A stretch of DNA of 64,000 nucleotides from Candidatus Heimdallarchaeota archaeon. GTDB lineage: Archaea > Asgardarchaeota > Heimdallarchaeia > Heimdallarchaeales > Heimdallarchaeaceae. The notes under the pieces were generated by a model. That model ran no database searches, was not told the origin of the DNA, and saw nothing but the letters and a program-made list of their open reading frames with translations. This document shows positions 41,104 through 51,470 of this stretch, in pieces. The DNA is taken from contig JAHLWR010000010.1 in NCBI GenBank assembly GCA_019057815.1, positions 1 to 64,000 on the forward strand. Reading direction: 5' to 3'. Every line of letters starts with the position of its first letter. Position 1 is the first letter of the stretch. The position numbers and the translations under genes were made by a program.

Positions 41104-42234
41104 TTGAGTACTACTGATCTACAAAAAATCAAGGAAAGAAATAGAAGAATTGCATATATTTCTTGGAAGAGAGGAGATTTAATAAACAAAGCAATGCCGA
41201 TAAGAGCTACATTAAACACTACTTTAAAATGTAATTTAAACTGTATAATGTGTCAGTTTCATAGAAATAAAAAAATATCAGAGAGGGTAATTCAAAATAA
41301 TGATGAGTTACATGTAGATTTATTTTTAGATTTCGCCGATCAAGTTTTTCCTACTTTAATTGAGGCTGAAACTACTACTGTCGGAGAACCTTTACTTTCC
41401 AGTTATTTAGATGAGATTATAGAGAAAGCGCTTGAATATAATGTTCTGTTATATTTTACAACAAATGGTCTTTTGTTAAAAGAAGAACTAATTAGTAAAT
41501 TGATTCCAACCCTTAGTAACCTTGTAATCTCAATTGATGCAGTAAACCATAAATTATATGAAAAAATTAGGAAGGGAAGTTGTTTTGCAAAATTAGAAAA
41601 AAATATTAAGAAATTCATAGAAATTAGAAATTCTTGTGAGAAATATAAACCTGAATTAACATTACAGATGACATTAATGAAAATGAATATTGAAGAACTT
41701 CCAAAGATGGTTCAATATGCAAACAAGATAGGAGCAAATAATGTAAAAGCATATCATGCATATATCTTCGAAAAAAAAATGAAGAATCAATCGTTATTCT
41801 ATCATAGGGAGATTGCAGAAAAATTCATTAAAGAAGCAAAAACCCTTGGGAAAAAACTAGGAGTAAACACTTTTCTACCGAGATTCTTTCCAGAAAATTG
41901 TTCGAATATTTATCCTGATCCAATCATATTTGATTTTCCCCCTTGTTTTTTCTTATGGTACGAAACATTCATAGAACCAAATGGTGATATTTCTCCATGT
42001 TTTTTTCCAACAAGACAAAAAATAGGGAATATCAAAGAAAGGACTTTTAATGAAATTTGGAATAATAGACAATATCAAATAATGCGCAGAGAAGTAATAA
42101 GACAACCTCCTAAAGGATATTGCAAGAATTGCGAGCTAAGATACACATATTTGAAAGATTACACAGGACCTGGGATTATAGAATCACAATTTATCTTAAT
42201 AGATGATAAAAGAGCGAGATTGTATCAATCATGA
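41104..42234 (+). CDS. Radical SAM/SPASM protein
   Basis: CNLNCIMC, GEPLL and TTNG; SPASM C..GDISPC..CKNC. Confidence 0.9.
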   Translation: MSTTDLQKIKERNRRIAYISWKRGDLINKAMPIRATLNTTLKCNLNCIMCQFHRNKKISERVIQNNDELHVDLFLDFADQVFPTLIEAETTTVGEPLLSSYLDEIIEKALEYNVLLYFTTNGLLLKEELISKLIPTLSNLVISIDAVNHKLYEKIRKGSCFAKLEKNIKKFIEIRNSCEKYKPELTLQMTLMKMNIEELPKMVQYANKIGANNVKAYHAYIFEKKMKNQSLFYHREIAEKFIKEAKTLGKKLGVNTFLPRFFPENCSNIYPDPIIFDFPPCFFLWYETFIEPNGDISPCFFPTRQKIGNIKERTFNEIWNNRQYQIMRREVIRQPPKGYCKNCELRYTYLKDYTGPGIIESQFILIDDKRARLYQS

Positions 42235-43109
42235 CACTTGATATTGTATGTGCAATTGATAATTCCTTATATTATCAAATGTTATGTAAAGGTTTAATTA
42301 AATCATTGCTTAAAAATTCCTGTCAGAATAAATTTAATATTCATGTTTTAAAAGATTGCAAAAATCATTATCCTTTGGATGATCTGAAAAATAAAATTAG
42401 TTTTCATAAGGTTAAGCCATTAAATATAATATGTGGATGTGTAAAATCAAAAACAACTTTTGCTAAACTAGAAATCCCTAATATTAAACAATTTAAGAAT
42501 CTAGAGAGAATCTTGTATTTGGATGTGGACACCTTCTGCTTAAGCGACATAACTTCGTTAGAAAAATTCAAATTTGAGAAAATTGCTATGGTAAACCCTG
42601 GAGGAAGTCTTTATCTTAAAGAGTTTTTACAACGAGTTTTTCATAAAAAGATAAAACCTTTAACTTATTTCTATAGAGGAAAAAAGCATTTAATAGCAGA
42701 TAAAGATCAAAAATATTCCAATGCTGGAGTTATGCTAATCAATCCAAAAATATGGTATATGAAACGAATTTCAGATCAAATAAAGAGGATTATTCTAACA
42801 CATTGTCAATATATGTATACAAGTGACGAAATGGCAATAAATCTCTTTTTCAAAGGGATGGTTGATCAACTTCCTGAAGAATATAATACTATGTCTTTTT
42901 CAAAAGTTAAAAATCCTAAAATAATACATTTTAATACCAAAAAACCAATATTAGGTAGTTCTTTATATTTTTTTCACAACTGGTTAAGTTTATTCGATAA
43001 AAATGATAAAAAAGTATTATTAAAACTTGAAGCAATGAGAGGAAAATCTGATAAATCTAGAATTATTAAAATCAAATCCGATGCATACCATGAATTTCTA
43101 AAGTCTTGA
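42231..43109 (+). CDS. Glycosyltransferase family 8
   Basis: ILYLDVD, NAGVMLIN, DEMAIN and IIHFNTKKP. Confidence 0.85.
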   Translation: MTLDIVCAIDNSLYYQMLCKGLIKSLLKNSCQNKFNIHVLKDCKNHYPLDDLKNKISFHKVKPLNIICGCVKSKTTFAKLEIPNIKQFKNLERILYLDVDTFCLSDITSLEKFKFEKIAMVNPGGSLYLKEFLQRVFHKKIKPLTYFYRGKKHLIADKDQKYSNAGVMLINPKIWYMKRISDQIKRIILTHCQYMYTSDEMAINLFFKGMVDQLPEEYNTMSFSKVKNPKIIHFNTKKPILGSSLYFFHNWLSLFDKNDKKVLLKLEAMRGKSDKSRIIKIKSDAYHEFLKS

Positions 43110-43171
43110 ATATCACTTTTAATTAATATACTCTAAAACAAAACATAAAAAATCACGATATCTCTTTTTCC

Positions 43172-44149
43172 GTGTTAATAAAAATAGCGACTAGAGTTCA
43201 TAATGAAGAATATTTTATGAAAACATTTCTTGATTATTATTTGGGATTAGAAGTTGATGAAATTCACATATATGATAGTTTCTCTACAGATAAAACGGAT
43301 AAAATAATAAATACGTATATAAAGAAATCAAAACCCATAATAAAAATCAATTTGAAAAAGGATTATCTTCATAGAGACTATTTTGAACAGGATAGACTTT
43401 GTAACGAAATATTAAATTATGCAATTGCTGATTTTCAGGAATCAAAAAAAGAAACATGGTGGATTTTTCCTGACATTGATGAATTTATACGAATTCCAAA
43501 TAATAGAAAGATTAAGGATCACTTTTTAAGAATAAAAGATATTTGTGTAAGGTTCCTATTTATCGATTGGTTTTTATCTCCAGATTTAATGTATAAAGAT
43601 ACAATAACAGCAAAAAAATTCTTAGATTTAATATATAATAAAAAATTAAAGGGAGAATATTTATTTCTATGGAACGATCCTTTTTATAAATACTATGCAA
43701 TAAAGCTAGATACTGGAGTTCTTTCCAAATATAACAAAATTAAAACACTTTCTGGTTTCCATAGATTCATAGTAAGAAATGAGATACTGTATCCTAGTGA
43801 TAATTCAATTCTTATTGTAGATCATCTGCGTGGAATACCTTATCCAAAACTTAAATTAAGAATAGATGATAGAAAGGAGTTATTAAAGAATCAGTCAGAT
43901 GATTGGGTTCTAGAACATTTTAAACTAGTAGAAGAAAAAGTGAGACAATATAAAGAAGGAGTTCTAGATAAACAATTACTTACATTTTATCAATTAGAAA
44001 AAAACAAAAATAGACTTACTGAATTTAGTGAGAATGACAGTATTTTTGATCGTATAATCACCCAAGATTTTTTAAGAGATCCTTTAGACTTTCGACCATC
44101 AAAATATAGAAATTATGATTTTAATAAGAGACATAATTGGAAAAGATGA
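43172..44149 (+). CDS. Glycosyltransferase family 2-like
   Basis: VHNEE..FLDYY, YDSFSTDKT and PDIDEF. Confidence 0.8.
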   Translation: MLIKIATRVHNEEYFMKTFLDYYLGLEVDEIHIYDSFSTDKTDKIINTYIKKSKPIIKINLKKDYLHRDYFEQDRLCNEILNYAIADFQESKKETWWIFPDIDEFIRIPNNRKIKDHFLRIKDICVRFLFIDWFLSPDLMYKDTITAKKFLDLIYNKKLKGEYLFLWNDPFYKYYAIKLDTGVLSKYNKIKTLSGFHRFIVRNEILYPSDNSILIVDHLRGIPYPKLKLRIDDRKELLKNQSDDWVLEHFKLVEEKVRQYKEGVLDKQLLTFYQLEKNKNRLTEFSENDSIFDRIITQDFLRDPLDFRPSKYRNYDFNKRHNWKR

Positions 44150-44532
44150 GAAATTAATTTTTTTAGAGCATTATTCTCTTCTTGCTTCAGATTACTATTA
44201 CGATGTCTTCTTGTTGTATATTGCTAAATAAGAAATAAGTACTATGATTTTCATCAGTAACAATACAACATTCTAATTTTTCTATCTCTATTTTTACTTC
44301 CTGTACCACTTGCAGAAACTGTCAATTCTTATATAAGAATAATAAGATGAAACAACAAGAAAGAAAGAAGATTAAGAAATAATCCTTGCAGAACAATGTT
44401 CTTATACTGTTTTATAGTTTGTTGTTTTTTTTAATACTATTTCTAATAATCCATTTATATTAAAAGAAGTTTAAGACATGTTTAAGAAGGAGGGAGAAAA
44501 AGTACTTTGAATCACATTTGCTTTGAAGAAAA

Positions 44533-45060
44533 ATGCCTATAATTATTGATAATGCTTGTTGTATTGGTTGTGGAATCTGCGTTGACATTTGTCCAGAATC
44601 CGTTATTGATATTGATCATAGTAATGAACAAGGTCTACATGAATTGGATGAAATAGCGATTGTTGTAAGAAAAGAAGATTGTACAAACTGTGGTTTGTGT
44701 ATTACTGAATGTCCAGCTGAATGTATTGAACTCGATAATGAACCATCCGTCCATCAAATGGAGACAGAAGCAGAAAAAGAAGACCTAAAAAAAGATAGAT
44801 TAGGAATTTTAGAGAAGATAATCAAGAGGTATGTGGAAATATCAATTAGTGATATGTGCCAATTACTAAAATTCGAAGAGGAGATTGATTTAAAGAAATG
44901 GTTAATTGATCTCCCTGATCATGTTGGTTTTGAGATACGAATTGATACTGTTTACATATCTAGTAAACTACAAGATGATTCTTCTGAAGCTCAAAAGGCA
45001 ATTGATGAACTACTAAAGAGTTTTTCAGACATTGAATATAAAAGTAACAAAAAACTATAA
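44533..45060 (+). CDS. 2x[4Fe-4S] ferredoxin fused to a winged-helix-like C-terminal domain
   Basis: CIGCGICVDICP and CTNCGLCITECP, then a domain similar to the middle of 17390..18574. Confidence 0.85.
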   Translation: MPIIIDNACCIGCGICVDICPESVIDIDHSNEQGLHELDEIAIVVRKEDCTNCGLCITECPAECIELDNEPSVHQMETEAEKEDLKKDRLGILEKIIKRYVEISISDMCQLLKFEEEIDLKKWLIDLPDHVGFEIRIDTVYISSKLQDDSSEAQKAIDELLKSFSDIEYKSNKKL

Positions 45061-45135
45061 TTCAATGCTTTTTCCACACAGTCATCAGTTGTACTTAATG
45101 GAATATCATGAGATAAGAAACTTGATATGAACGTT

Positions 45136-45786
45136 TCAAGAAATCCCCAAAAGTTTCAAATCAGTGAATTTATCCTCTAAGTTCGACCTTACACTTATAT
45201 CTAATTTAGCGTAATTTTCTTGTAACCAGCTCTTACAAAGACATAAAGAAAGCTCTAGTGCTAAATGGAAATCATTTTTCCAGTGCCCGAGTTTTTGAGG
45301 GCTTTCCCAACTCTCTCTTACAGAATTCACTTGAGAAAGAATATCTTTCACTGTACCATGAACTACACAAGATAGCTTTCGGTATAATTTTTGTAATTTA
45401 GCTTTCAACTCAGAAGGAAGTTTAGCTTCAACTTCAGTTCTAATATTCCCAATTCGAAATTTAAATCCCTTATCAATCTCATCTAATTCAAGTACATGAT
45501 TTGACCCATAAATAATAACAAATATCAGATCTATGATTTGTCTTAAGATGATTTGTCCTTCCTCATATAAATTATGCATTGCGAAGAAAATTGTAAATGC
45601 AAGATTTCTGCCAATCATATTAATTCTTTTCTGTGAGAAATCATTATGAGGAAAGATATTTCTAACCTCCATAAAGAGTAGTGCTTTCTCATAAAATGGT
45701 AAGAAAATCTTTATCTTTTTAGATTCTTCAATTATGTGATTTCTAATCCCTTCATCAAGATTAACAAAATCTTTTAAATGTGTCAT
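45136..45786 (-). CDS. HEPN-like helical protein
   Basis: ILRQIID and LYRKLSCVVHG resemble the degenerate HEPN (DUF5677-like) signature. Confidence 0.55.
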   Translation of the reverse strand: MTHLKDFVNLDEGIRNHIIEESKKIKIFLPFYEKALLFMEVRNIFPHNDFSQKRINMIGRNLAFTIFFAMHNLYEEGQIILRQIIDLIFVIIYGSNHVLELDEIDKGFKFRIGNIRTEVEAKLPSELKAKLQKLYRKLSCVVHGTVKDILSQVNSVRESWESPQKLGHWKNDFHLALELSLCLCKSWLQENYAKLDISVRSNLEDKFTDLKLLGIS

Positions 45787-45795
45787 TTTATCACT

Positions 45796-46104
45796 CTATC
45801 TGTCACTGAAAGCAGTATATATCTTATCAATGGTTTTTATTCCTGCATCACGATCCTCAAGAAGTCTGATTATTTCCGCTTTTCTAAACCTTGATGGGAT
45901 TTTAATATCTCTTCTTTTACATAAATGTCGAAGTTCAACGACTTTTAATTTCTCATAATCAGAAATTTCATCTGTTTCCCTGACAACTTCGATCATTTCT
46001 TTAAACTGTTTCGAAATAACAAATTTGGGGGCTTTCTTAAGCAACTTTGCTAAGTATTCAAGCTGTTTTGCTAATTCCCATGTGTTTGTTGGTTCTTCTT
46101 TCAT
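45796..46104 (-). CDS. Small protein with a Rho-N/SAP (HeH) nucleic-acid-binding motif
   Basis: LKVVELRHLCKRRDIKIPSRFRKAEIIRLL. Confidence 0.65.
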   Translation of the reverse strand: MKEEPTNTWELAKQLEYLAKLLKKAPKFVISKQFKEMIEVVRETDEISDYEKLKVVELRHLCKRRDIKIPSRFRKAEIIRLLEDRDAGIKTIDKIYTAFSDR

Positions 46105-46910
46105 TTTTCAACCTCTTTTATTACTCTCCGTGCAATCTCCACAAAAGGAGATCTATCATCTTTGTTATCAAGTGGTTTATGAGTTGATGGCCACTTGGAA
46201 TATGCTTGTATCTCCTTTATTTTGGTTAATATATTCTCTTTATATTCTATCTCCAACTCCTTTGTAATATTCTTATGGAAACTACTTCTTGTTGTTGGAA
46301 TCAAATTAATTACATAACCTAATAGTTGACAATTTATATGTTCTTTGATTTCTTCTAACTTCTTTTCAAGTATAATAAGTCCCTGTTGACTCATATAATC
46401 AGGTCTTATTGGTACGATATAATAATCAGAAGCACCGAGTGCTGCAATAACAAGTTCATCGAAGTCTGGAGGAGAATCTATAATACAATAATCGTAAGAT
46501 AGTGATTGAATTGGCTCCAAAGTTTTTTTGAGGTAGCTCTCTGAATAAGGTTTAGCAACAAGAATTCTTTTTTCTTCAAATAACCGGATACTAGATGGGA
46601 TAAGATCCATTTTCCCATTTTCAATTTTCCAAGGATTCAAAGTGATTATATCTGAAAGTCGGATTTTATTCTGTTCATCTATCAATCCTCCACTACTTTC
46701 TCTAAACAGATCTGCGATTGTTTTATTTGAACGATCTTTTTCTCTATAATTCTCCTCTTTCATTATTAATAGAGTAGCATTTGTTTGCGGATCCATATCA
46801 ATTAGAAGAACATCTTTGTTGAATGAACTTGAAAGCTCATAAGCTAAACCTACTGCGATTGTTGTTTTACCAACCCCTCCCTTCATATTTATTATACTTA
46901 GAACTATAAT
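46101..46910 (-). CDS. ParA/Soj-family ATPase
   Basis: KGGVGKTT, IDMDPQTNAT and IIDSPP; the first beta strand IIVLSIIN lies upstream of the ATG, implying an ATT/ATA start at 46910/46907. Confidence 0.9.
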   Translation of the reverse strand: MIVLSIINMKGGVGKTTIAVGLAYELSSSFNKDVLLIDMDPQTNATLLIMKEENYREKDRSNKTIADLFRESSGGLIDEQNKIRLSDIITLNPWKIENGKMDLIPSSIRLFEEKRILVAKPYSESYLKKTLEPIQSLSYDYCIIDSPPDFDELVIAALGASDYYIVPIRPDYMSQQGLIILEKKLEEIKEHINCQLLGYVINLIPTTRSSFHKNITKELEIEYKENILTKIKEIQAYSKWPSTHKPLDNKDDRSPFVEIARRVIKEVEK

Positions 46911-47647
46911 TTTATTTCACTTCCGAGTAACAATGGAATATTATAATTAAATAATTAAATTTTTTGAATTGTGATCAATTCTTTGTTTTTCTATTCTTGG
47001 AACTAGAATCTTTCGAGGTATTTTGTCATCTCCATGCTATTTAATTAGGTTTGGTTGCTGATTTTCAGTTGCTCAAGTTTGGAATGTTTATTTCACTTAC
47101 CTTTATTTTTATCTCCTACATTATGATCTCATAATTAATTTCATTACTATATATTAAAGCTTTGATAAATATTAGTCCTCTATCAGAACTTTAAAAGAAA
47201 TAGGGGTACTACTTTTTTTCATCCTTTACAAACATTCATTCCTACAAGAGAATATTAATCTTCATTTACTAAAAATCGCCAATAGATATCTTTGAATGAT
47301 AACAATAAATCCTTTAAAGTTTTTCTAGATTTGACTCTGATACAATTAAAATAGGAATTCTCCATTGATTTAAAACTGAGGGTTGAGATGGACTAAACAA
47401 AAAAAGTATCGAATTTGCTTCTATTAGTTCTTCTGTTGATTTTGGAGGAATGTTCTTACAATATAAAGGTCTGAAGATGTTATTAAAATAGGAATAATTA
47501 TATGAAGCACTATTCGAGAATTATAAGATTCTATTTAATAATTCTTGGTCTAAGAGCTGGAATATATCTTCTGTTTTAACGGTATGGGGCTAGAATCTCA
47601 CCCCCACAGAGAAACTTTTATTTCTTCCAAATCATTTCTTGATTTGA

Positions 47648-50590
47648 ATGAACAAAATAAAAATACTTGCATTGTCAGATGTTCGTATTCATGATTGGAA
47701 TCAAGTTGTTAATTATCTAAAACGCAATTATGAAAATGGGAATGTCATTGATTTATTGTTGTATGGAGGAGATGATGTTAATAAATTACTTAATTTAACC
47801 ATAGATGATTTCAGGAATTTGAACTATCATTATAAAATCTTTCAAAGTAAGAACTTTGATTTGACATATGCTGATCTAAAAGATGTAATTATGAGTGATT
47901 TATATTTAAGTAAAAATATAGATAAACTTGGAGAAATTCAGAATAAAAAATTAACCAATAGATTTATCAAAAAAACATCCAAAAAATCAAGAATTCACTG
48001 GAAATTAAAAACGCATCTTAAAGAAGATATCAACGAACTCCAAGAAAATCTCAATTATCCACATTTGAAATATTTTAGAGAAGACAAATGTTTAATTTCT
48101 ATTTTCCCTAAAAAAATAATTCCTATCAAGATTGAAAATTCTAAAGATATTTACAATCATTGTCAAAAAGAACATAAGAAATCACTTAAATTTCTTGATA
48201 ATTTTATTTCAGATCTTAATCAATTAAGAAATGCTAATTCAATCATGCTCTACAAAACATATAGAAGATTACTTAAAGCTACTAAAAACACCAAAACATA
48301 TCATAACAATAAAAAGAAAATACTAAGTCTTCTGGAAAAGATTTTAGAAAAATTTAGTTTAAACATATATGATATTAGTCAAGAATCCATTATTTTTAAT
48401 AATAGAAAAATAAGTATCCGTTTAAGTTCTTATCTTTTTTTTGAAACTGAAGGATTATTAAGAAAAGAACACTGTTCGATAGCATTTTTATATAAAACAT
48501 TGAATTTTTTTAGAAAATTCTGTATGATATATGAACATCTGATTAATCAAGATTCAGATCTAAAAGAAATTTTTTTTGAAGATCCCTTTTATAATTGGAG
48601 AGTTCTAATACTACAAATAGAACAAAAATCCATATTGAAAGAAATTAAGAAATATATAAAATATGGTGTTGCTTTAGTTTGTGGAAATGATGATTTTGAG
48701 GATTCCATAGAGAGGATAAAATTCTATGATTGTTTTAATCTACAAGAAAAACCACTGTTCTTTAGAAATCTAACAATAATTGGTTTAGAAGGATCTGAAG
48801 ATAGAGAACTAGATAAATATAGCAAAAATAGAGAGCTATTTAGAGAACCTAGATCTAATGTTGAGAAAATTAGAGTAGGAATTGGACCAACAATCTTTCC
48901 GATTAGAGAACAAGAAAAAAAACTACATAATCATATATCACTAATTGAAGAAAAAGCACCTGAGAATAAGATCCTAATAGTTTCTCATTCTCCACCTTTA
49001 GGTATTTTAGATTTAGCTTATAGATTTGGATGTAATCATATAGGTAGTATAGTATTAAGAGAATTTATAGATAAATTTCGGAAAAAAAATTGTGGAATTA
49101 TTTGCGGTCATGTTCATTCTTGGGGAGGTAATAAGAGCATTTACAAAGGAGTTCCTATTTACAACATCTCATGTCATGATATGACGAGTAAAGGGGATTA
49201 TCCCCCATTTAATGCTTTATTTCTAGAAGTTGATAAAAATGGAGATATCATATATGAAGATATCTTTAATATTCTTATTGCAGAAAAAGAGAAATATAGA
49301 AATCAACCAACTTCCGTTCTCTCCAATATCGGTAAAAAGAGACAAATAATGTTGGAAAAAATTGGAATCAACTCAATTGGGGAATATGCAAAAATAGACT
49401 ATGATGAGCTCTTCCTAAATTTGTATAACCTTTATAAAGAAATAGGTGACAAATTTTATTGGGGGTTTTATCATAAGACATATTGGGGCGCAAAATTTCT
49501 ACTTAAAGAAATTGATAAACCAAAAAAGCTAGATACCATAGAATATGAAAGAAAGAACGCCATTGTTTTGGATTTAGAAACTGAATTAGTACAAGATAGA
49601 ATGGCACAAGACTTCAGTAATACTCGTATTTGGATGATTGGAATATATCATGTTGAAAAATGTAAACTCAAACAATTCTATTTAGGCAATTACGATAATA
49701 TCAGAGACATGCTGGTTGATTTTCTTTCTTGGATTTTTGAGAATGAGATAGAAACGATATTTGTTTACAGTTCAAATAAATTCGATGAGAAAATCTTAAA
49801 CACCAATTTAGAAAGATTTGTATATAAATCTGGAAGGGGAATATTACCCCTAGAGTTTTCAAAATGGAGTATTAACCATTTATTCGTTCCTAAAGACTTC
49901 CCATCTTCTCCTAAATATGTTAATTTATTCGGAGAATGGATAAAAAAGCTTTGTTTACCCTCCTACAGACTTGCAGAAATGTCCAAGCTAATTTTTAATA
50001 AAGAAGATACTATAACTGGTTTTAATTGTGGTCAAATAGGATCTCACTTAATTATATCTAGAAAAGAAGATTATGGAATATTGGAATGCAAATACTGCAA
50101 AGATTTGGTACAAAAAGTTAAGAAAAAAAATGAAGATGATGTTGTTTTTACTTCTAAATTGTTAGACTACTTTGAGAAATTAGAAGTAAGTTCCAATGAG
50201 AAAAAAGAAATTAAAAAATCTGTTAGAAAGAAATCTGGAGATGGTTTTAAATGTATTTCTTATAAAAACGGAATGAAAAATTGTTATGATAATAGAAAAC
50301 TAAATCAGAAAGAATATCTCTGTTACAAAATAGTTGAAAAAATGTTAAAGTTTGGAGAGAGTCATAGAGATGAGAGCTCAAGTTTTCAAGAAGAATACCA
50401 AATTCAAATGAAAACCACATTCAGTGATATATCATTAAAAACTTGCCAAATAACTTATTTTTATAATCAAGGAAGAGTAAGAATAAAGAGGAATATTGAA
50501 AGACATAAACATCAAAGAGTTGGTATAGACATAATAAAACTAACAAAAAACCAACTTCTTGAGCTTGAAAAACTGACTGATAAAATTTAA
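47648..50590 (+). CDS. Metallophosphoesterase + HhH + RNase H-like (YprB-type) exonuclease fusion
   Basis: LSDVR, GGDD, CGNDD, SHSPP and CGHVH; NIGKKR..LEKIGI; LDLETE, SNKFD and NEDDV. Confidence 0.75.
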   Translation: MNKIKILALSDVRIHDWNQVVNYLKRNYENGNVIDLLLYGGDDVNKLLNLTIDDFRNLNYHYKIFQSKNFDLTYADLKDVIMSDLYLSKNIDKLGEIQNKKLTNRFIKKTSKKSRIHWKLKTHLKEDINELQENLNYPHLKYFREDKCLISIFPKKIIPIKIENSKDIYNHCQKEHKKSLKFLDNFISDLNQLRNANSIMLYKTYRRLLKATKNTKTYHNNKKKILSLLEKILEKFSLNIYDISQESIIFNNRKISIRLSSYLFFETEGLLRKEHCSIAFLYKTLNFFRKFCMIYEHLINQDSDLKEIFFEDPFYNWRVLILQIEQKSILKEIKKYIKYGVALVCGNDDFEDSIERIKFYDCFNLQEKPLFFRNLTIIGLEGSEDRELDKYSKNRELFREPRSNVEKIRVGIGPTIFPIREQEKKLHNHISLIEEKAPENKILIVSHSPPLGILDLAYRFGCNHIGSIVLREFIDKFRKKNCGIICGHVHSWGGNKSIYKGVPIYNISCHDMTSKGDYPPFNALFLEVDKNGDIIYEDIFNILIAEKEKYRNQPTSVLSNIGKKRQIMLEKIGINSIGEYAKIDYDELFLNLYNLYKEIGDKFYWGFYHKTYWGAKFLLKEIDKPKKLDTIEYERKNAIVLDLETELVQDRMAQDFSNTRIWMIGIYHVEKCKLKQFYLGNYDNIRDMLVDFLSWIFENEIETIFVYSSNKFDEKILNTNLERFVYKSGRGILPLEFSKWSINHLFVPKDFPSSPKYVNLFGEWIKKLCLPSYRLAEMSKLIFNKEDTITGFNCGQIGSHLIISRKEDYGILECKYCKDLVQKVKKKNEDDVVFTSKLLDYFEKLEVSSNEKKEIKKSVRKKSGDGFKCISYKNGMKNCYDNRKLNQKEYLCYKIVEKMLKFGESHRDESSSFQEEYQIQMKTTFSDISLKTCQITYFYNQGRVRIKRNIERHKHQRVGIDIIKLTKNQLLELEKLTDKI

Positions 50591-50739
50591 TCAAAGATAA
50601 AGAGGTGAAAGAAGAAATTTGTTTTAATTTTGAAATTTAGTTTTTTTAAAAACTGACATTTATAATTAACACTGTTGATAGAATCATAAATGCTTAAACT
50701 AGACTAAAGATTTCGTCAATTATATGATTTTCTAATTTC

Positions 50740-51150
50740 TTAGACTAAAAACCATTTATCATCTTTTGGGATATACTCACTTAATTTACCTGAATAGAGA
50801 ATATTTTCTAGCGACAATATTCCTAGATGCATCAAATGATTCTTAAACGTGAAAACTGCAGAGTTTATCAAAAATTCTCTAAGCTTATCTTTCTTCTCGT
50901 AAATCTCTTCTTCTTCCCTTTATTTATAGAGTTCTAGTGCTTCTTCCTTCTTCTTTTCTTTACAGAACAAATTGAGAAAAAGGTTAGTTTTATCTGAAAT
51001 AACTCTTTTTATTATTTCTTGAAAACTTATTCTTTTCTCTTTTTTTCTTTTAGAACAGCTAATAAATCCCTAAAGAGTGTATTTTGAGTGTAGACCATCC
51101 TTATGCAAGTAGCTAATTCTTTATATTTCAACACATAGGTTGAGATTTGT
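50740..51150 (-). pseudogene. Diverged relic (copy 4) of the repeated nuclease gene 3' end
   Basis: Hand translation ..EEIYEKKDKLREFLINSAVFTFKNHLMHLGILSLENILYSGKLSEYIPKDDKWFLV*; a frameshifted upstream part reads KELATCIRMVYTQNTLF. Confidence 0.8.
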
Positions 51151-51470
51151 TCGATTATTTTTATCATGTCTGTTGAATAAATATCAAACACATCTGTTTT
51201 TTTCAGGGAGTTTGAACCATTGAGTATTGTTATACTTCTCTTTATAACTATTGAGTAAATTGATAATTGAATTTACTTTTAATATAGTTTTCTCTGATTT
51301 AGCAAATACTAGTTCTAGCTATCCAGATCTTCTTTTTGGTGTTTTTTTAATGTATTATATAAGGAGTTAGGAATAGCTTTTTCTGAAGCACCCATTAGAA
51401 TCATAAAAAAAAATGTATATTTCTCTCTTATAGATACTTTGATAGTTATTTAAGTTTAGTGTGGTACAGA

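Noticed and set aside
46930-47640. Possible ncRNA or att site in the long intergenic gap, including GGGG..CCCC near 47585-47606
   Set aside because: No convincing stem or tRNA-like fragment; more likely decayed coding sequence plus promoters
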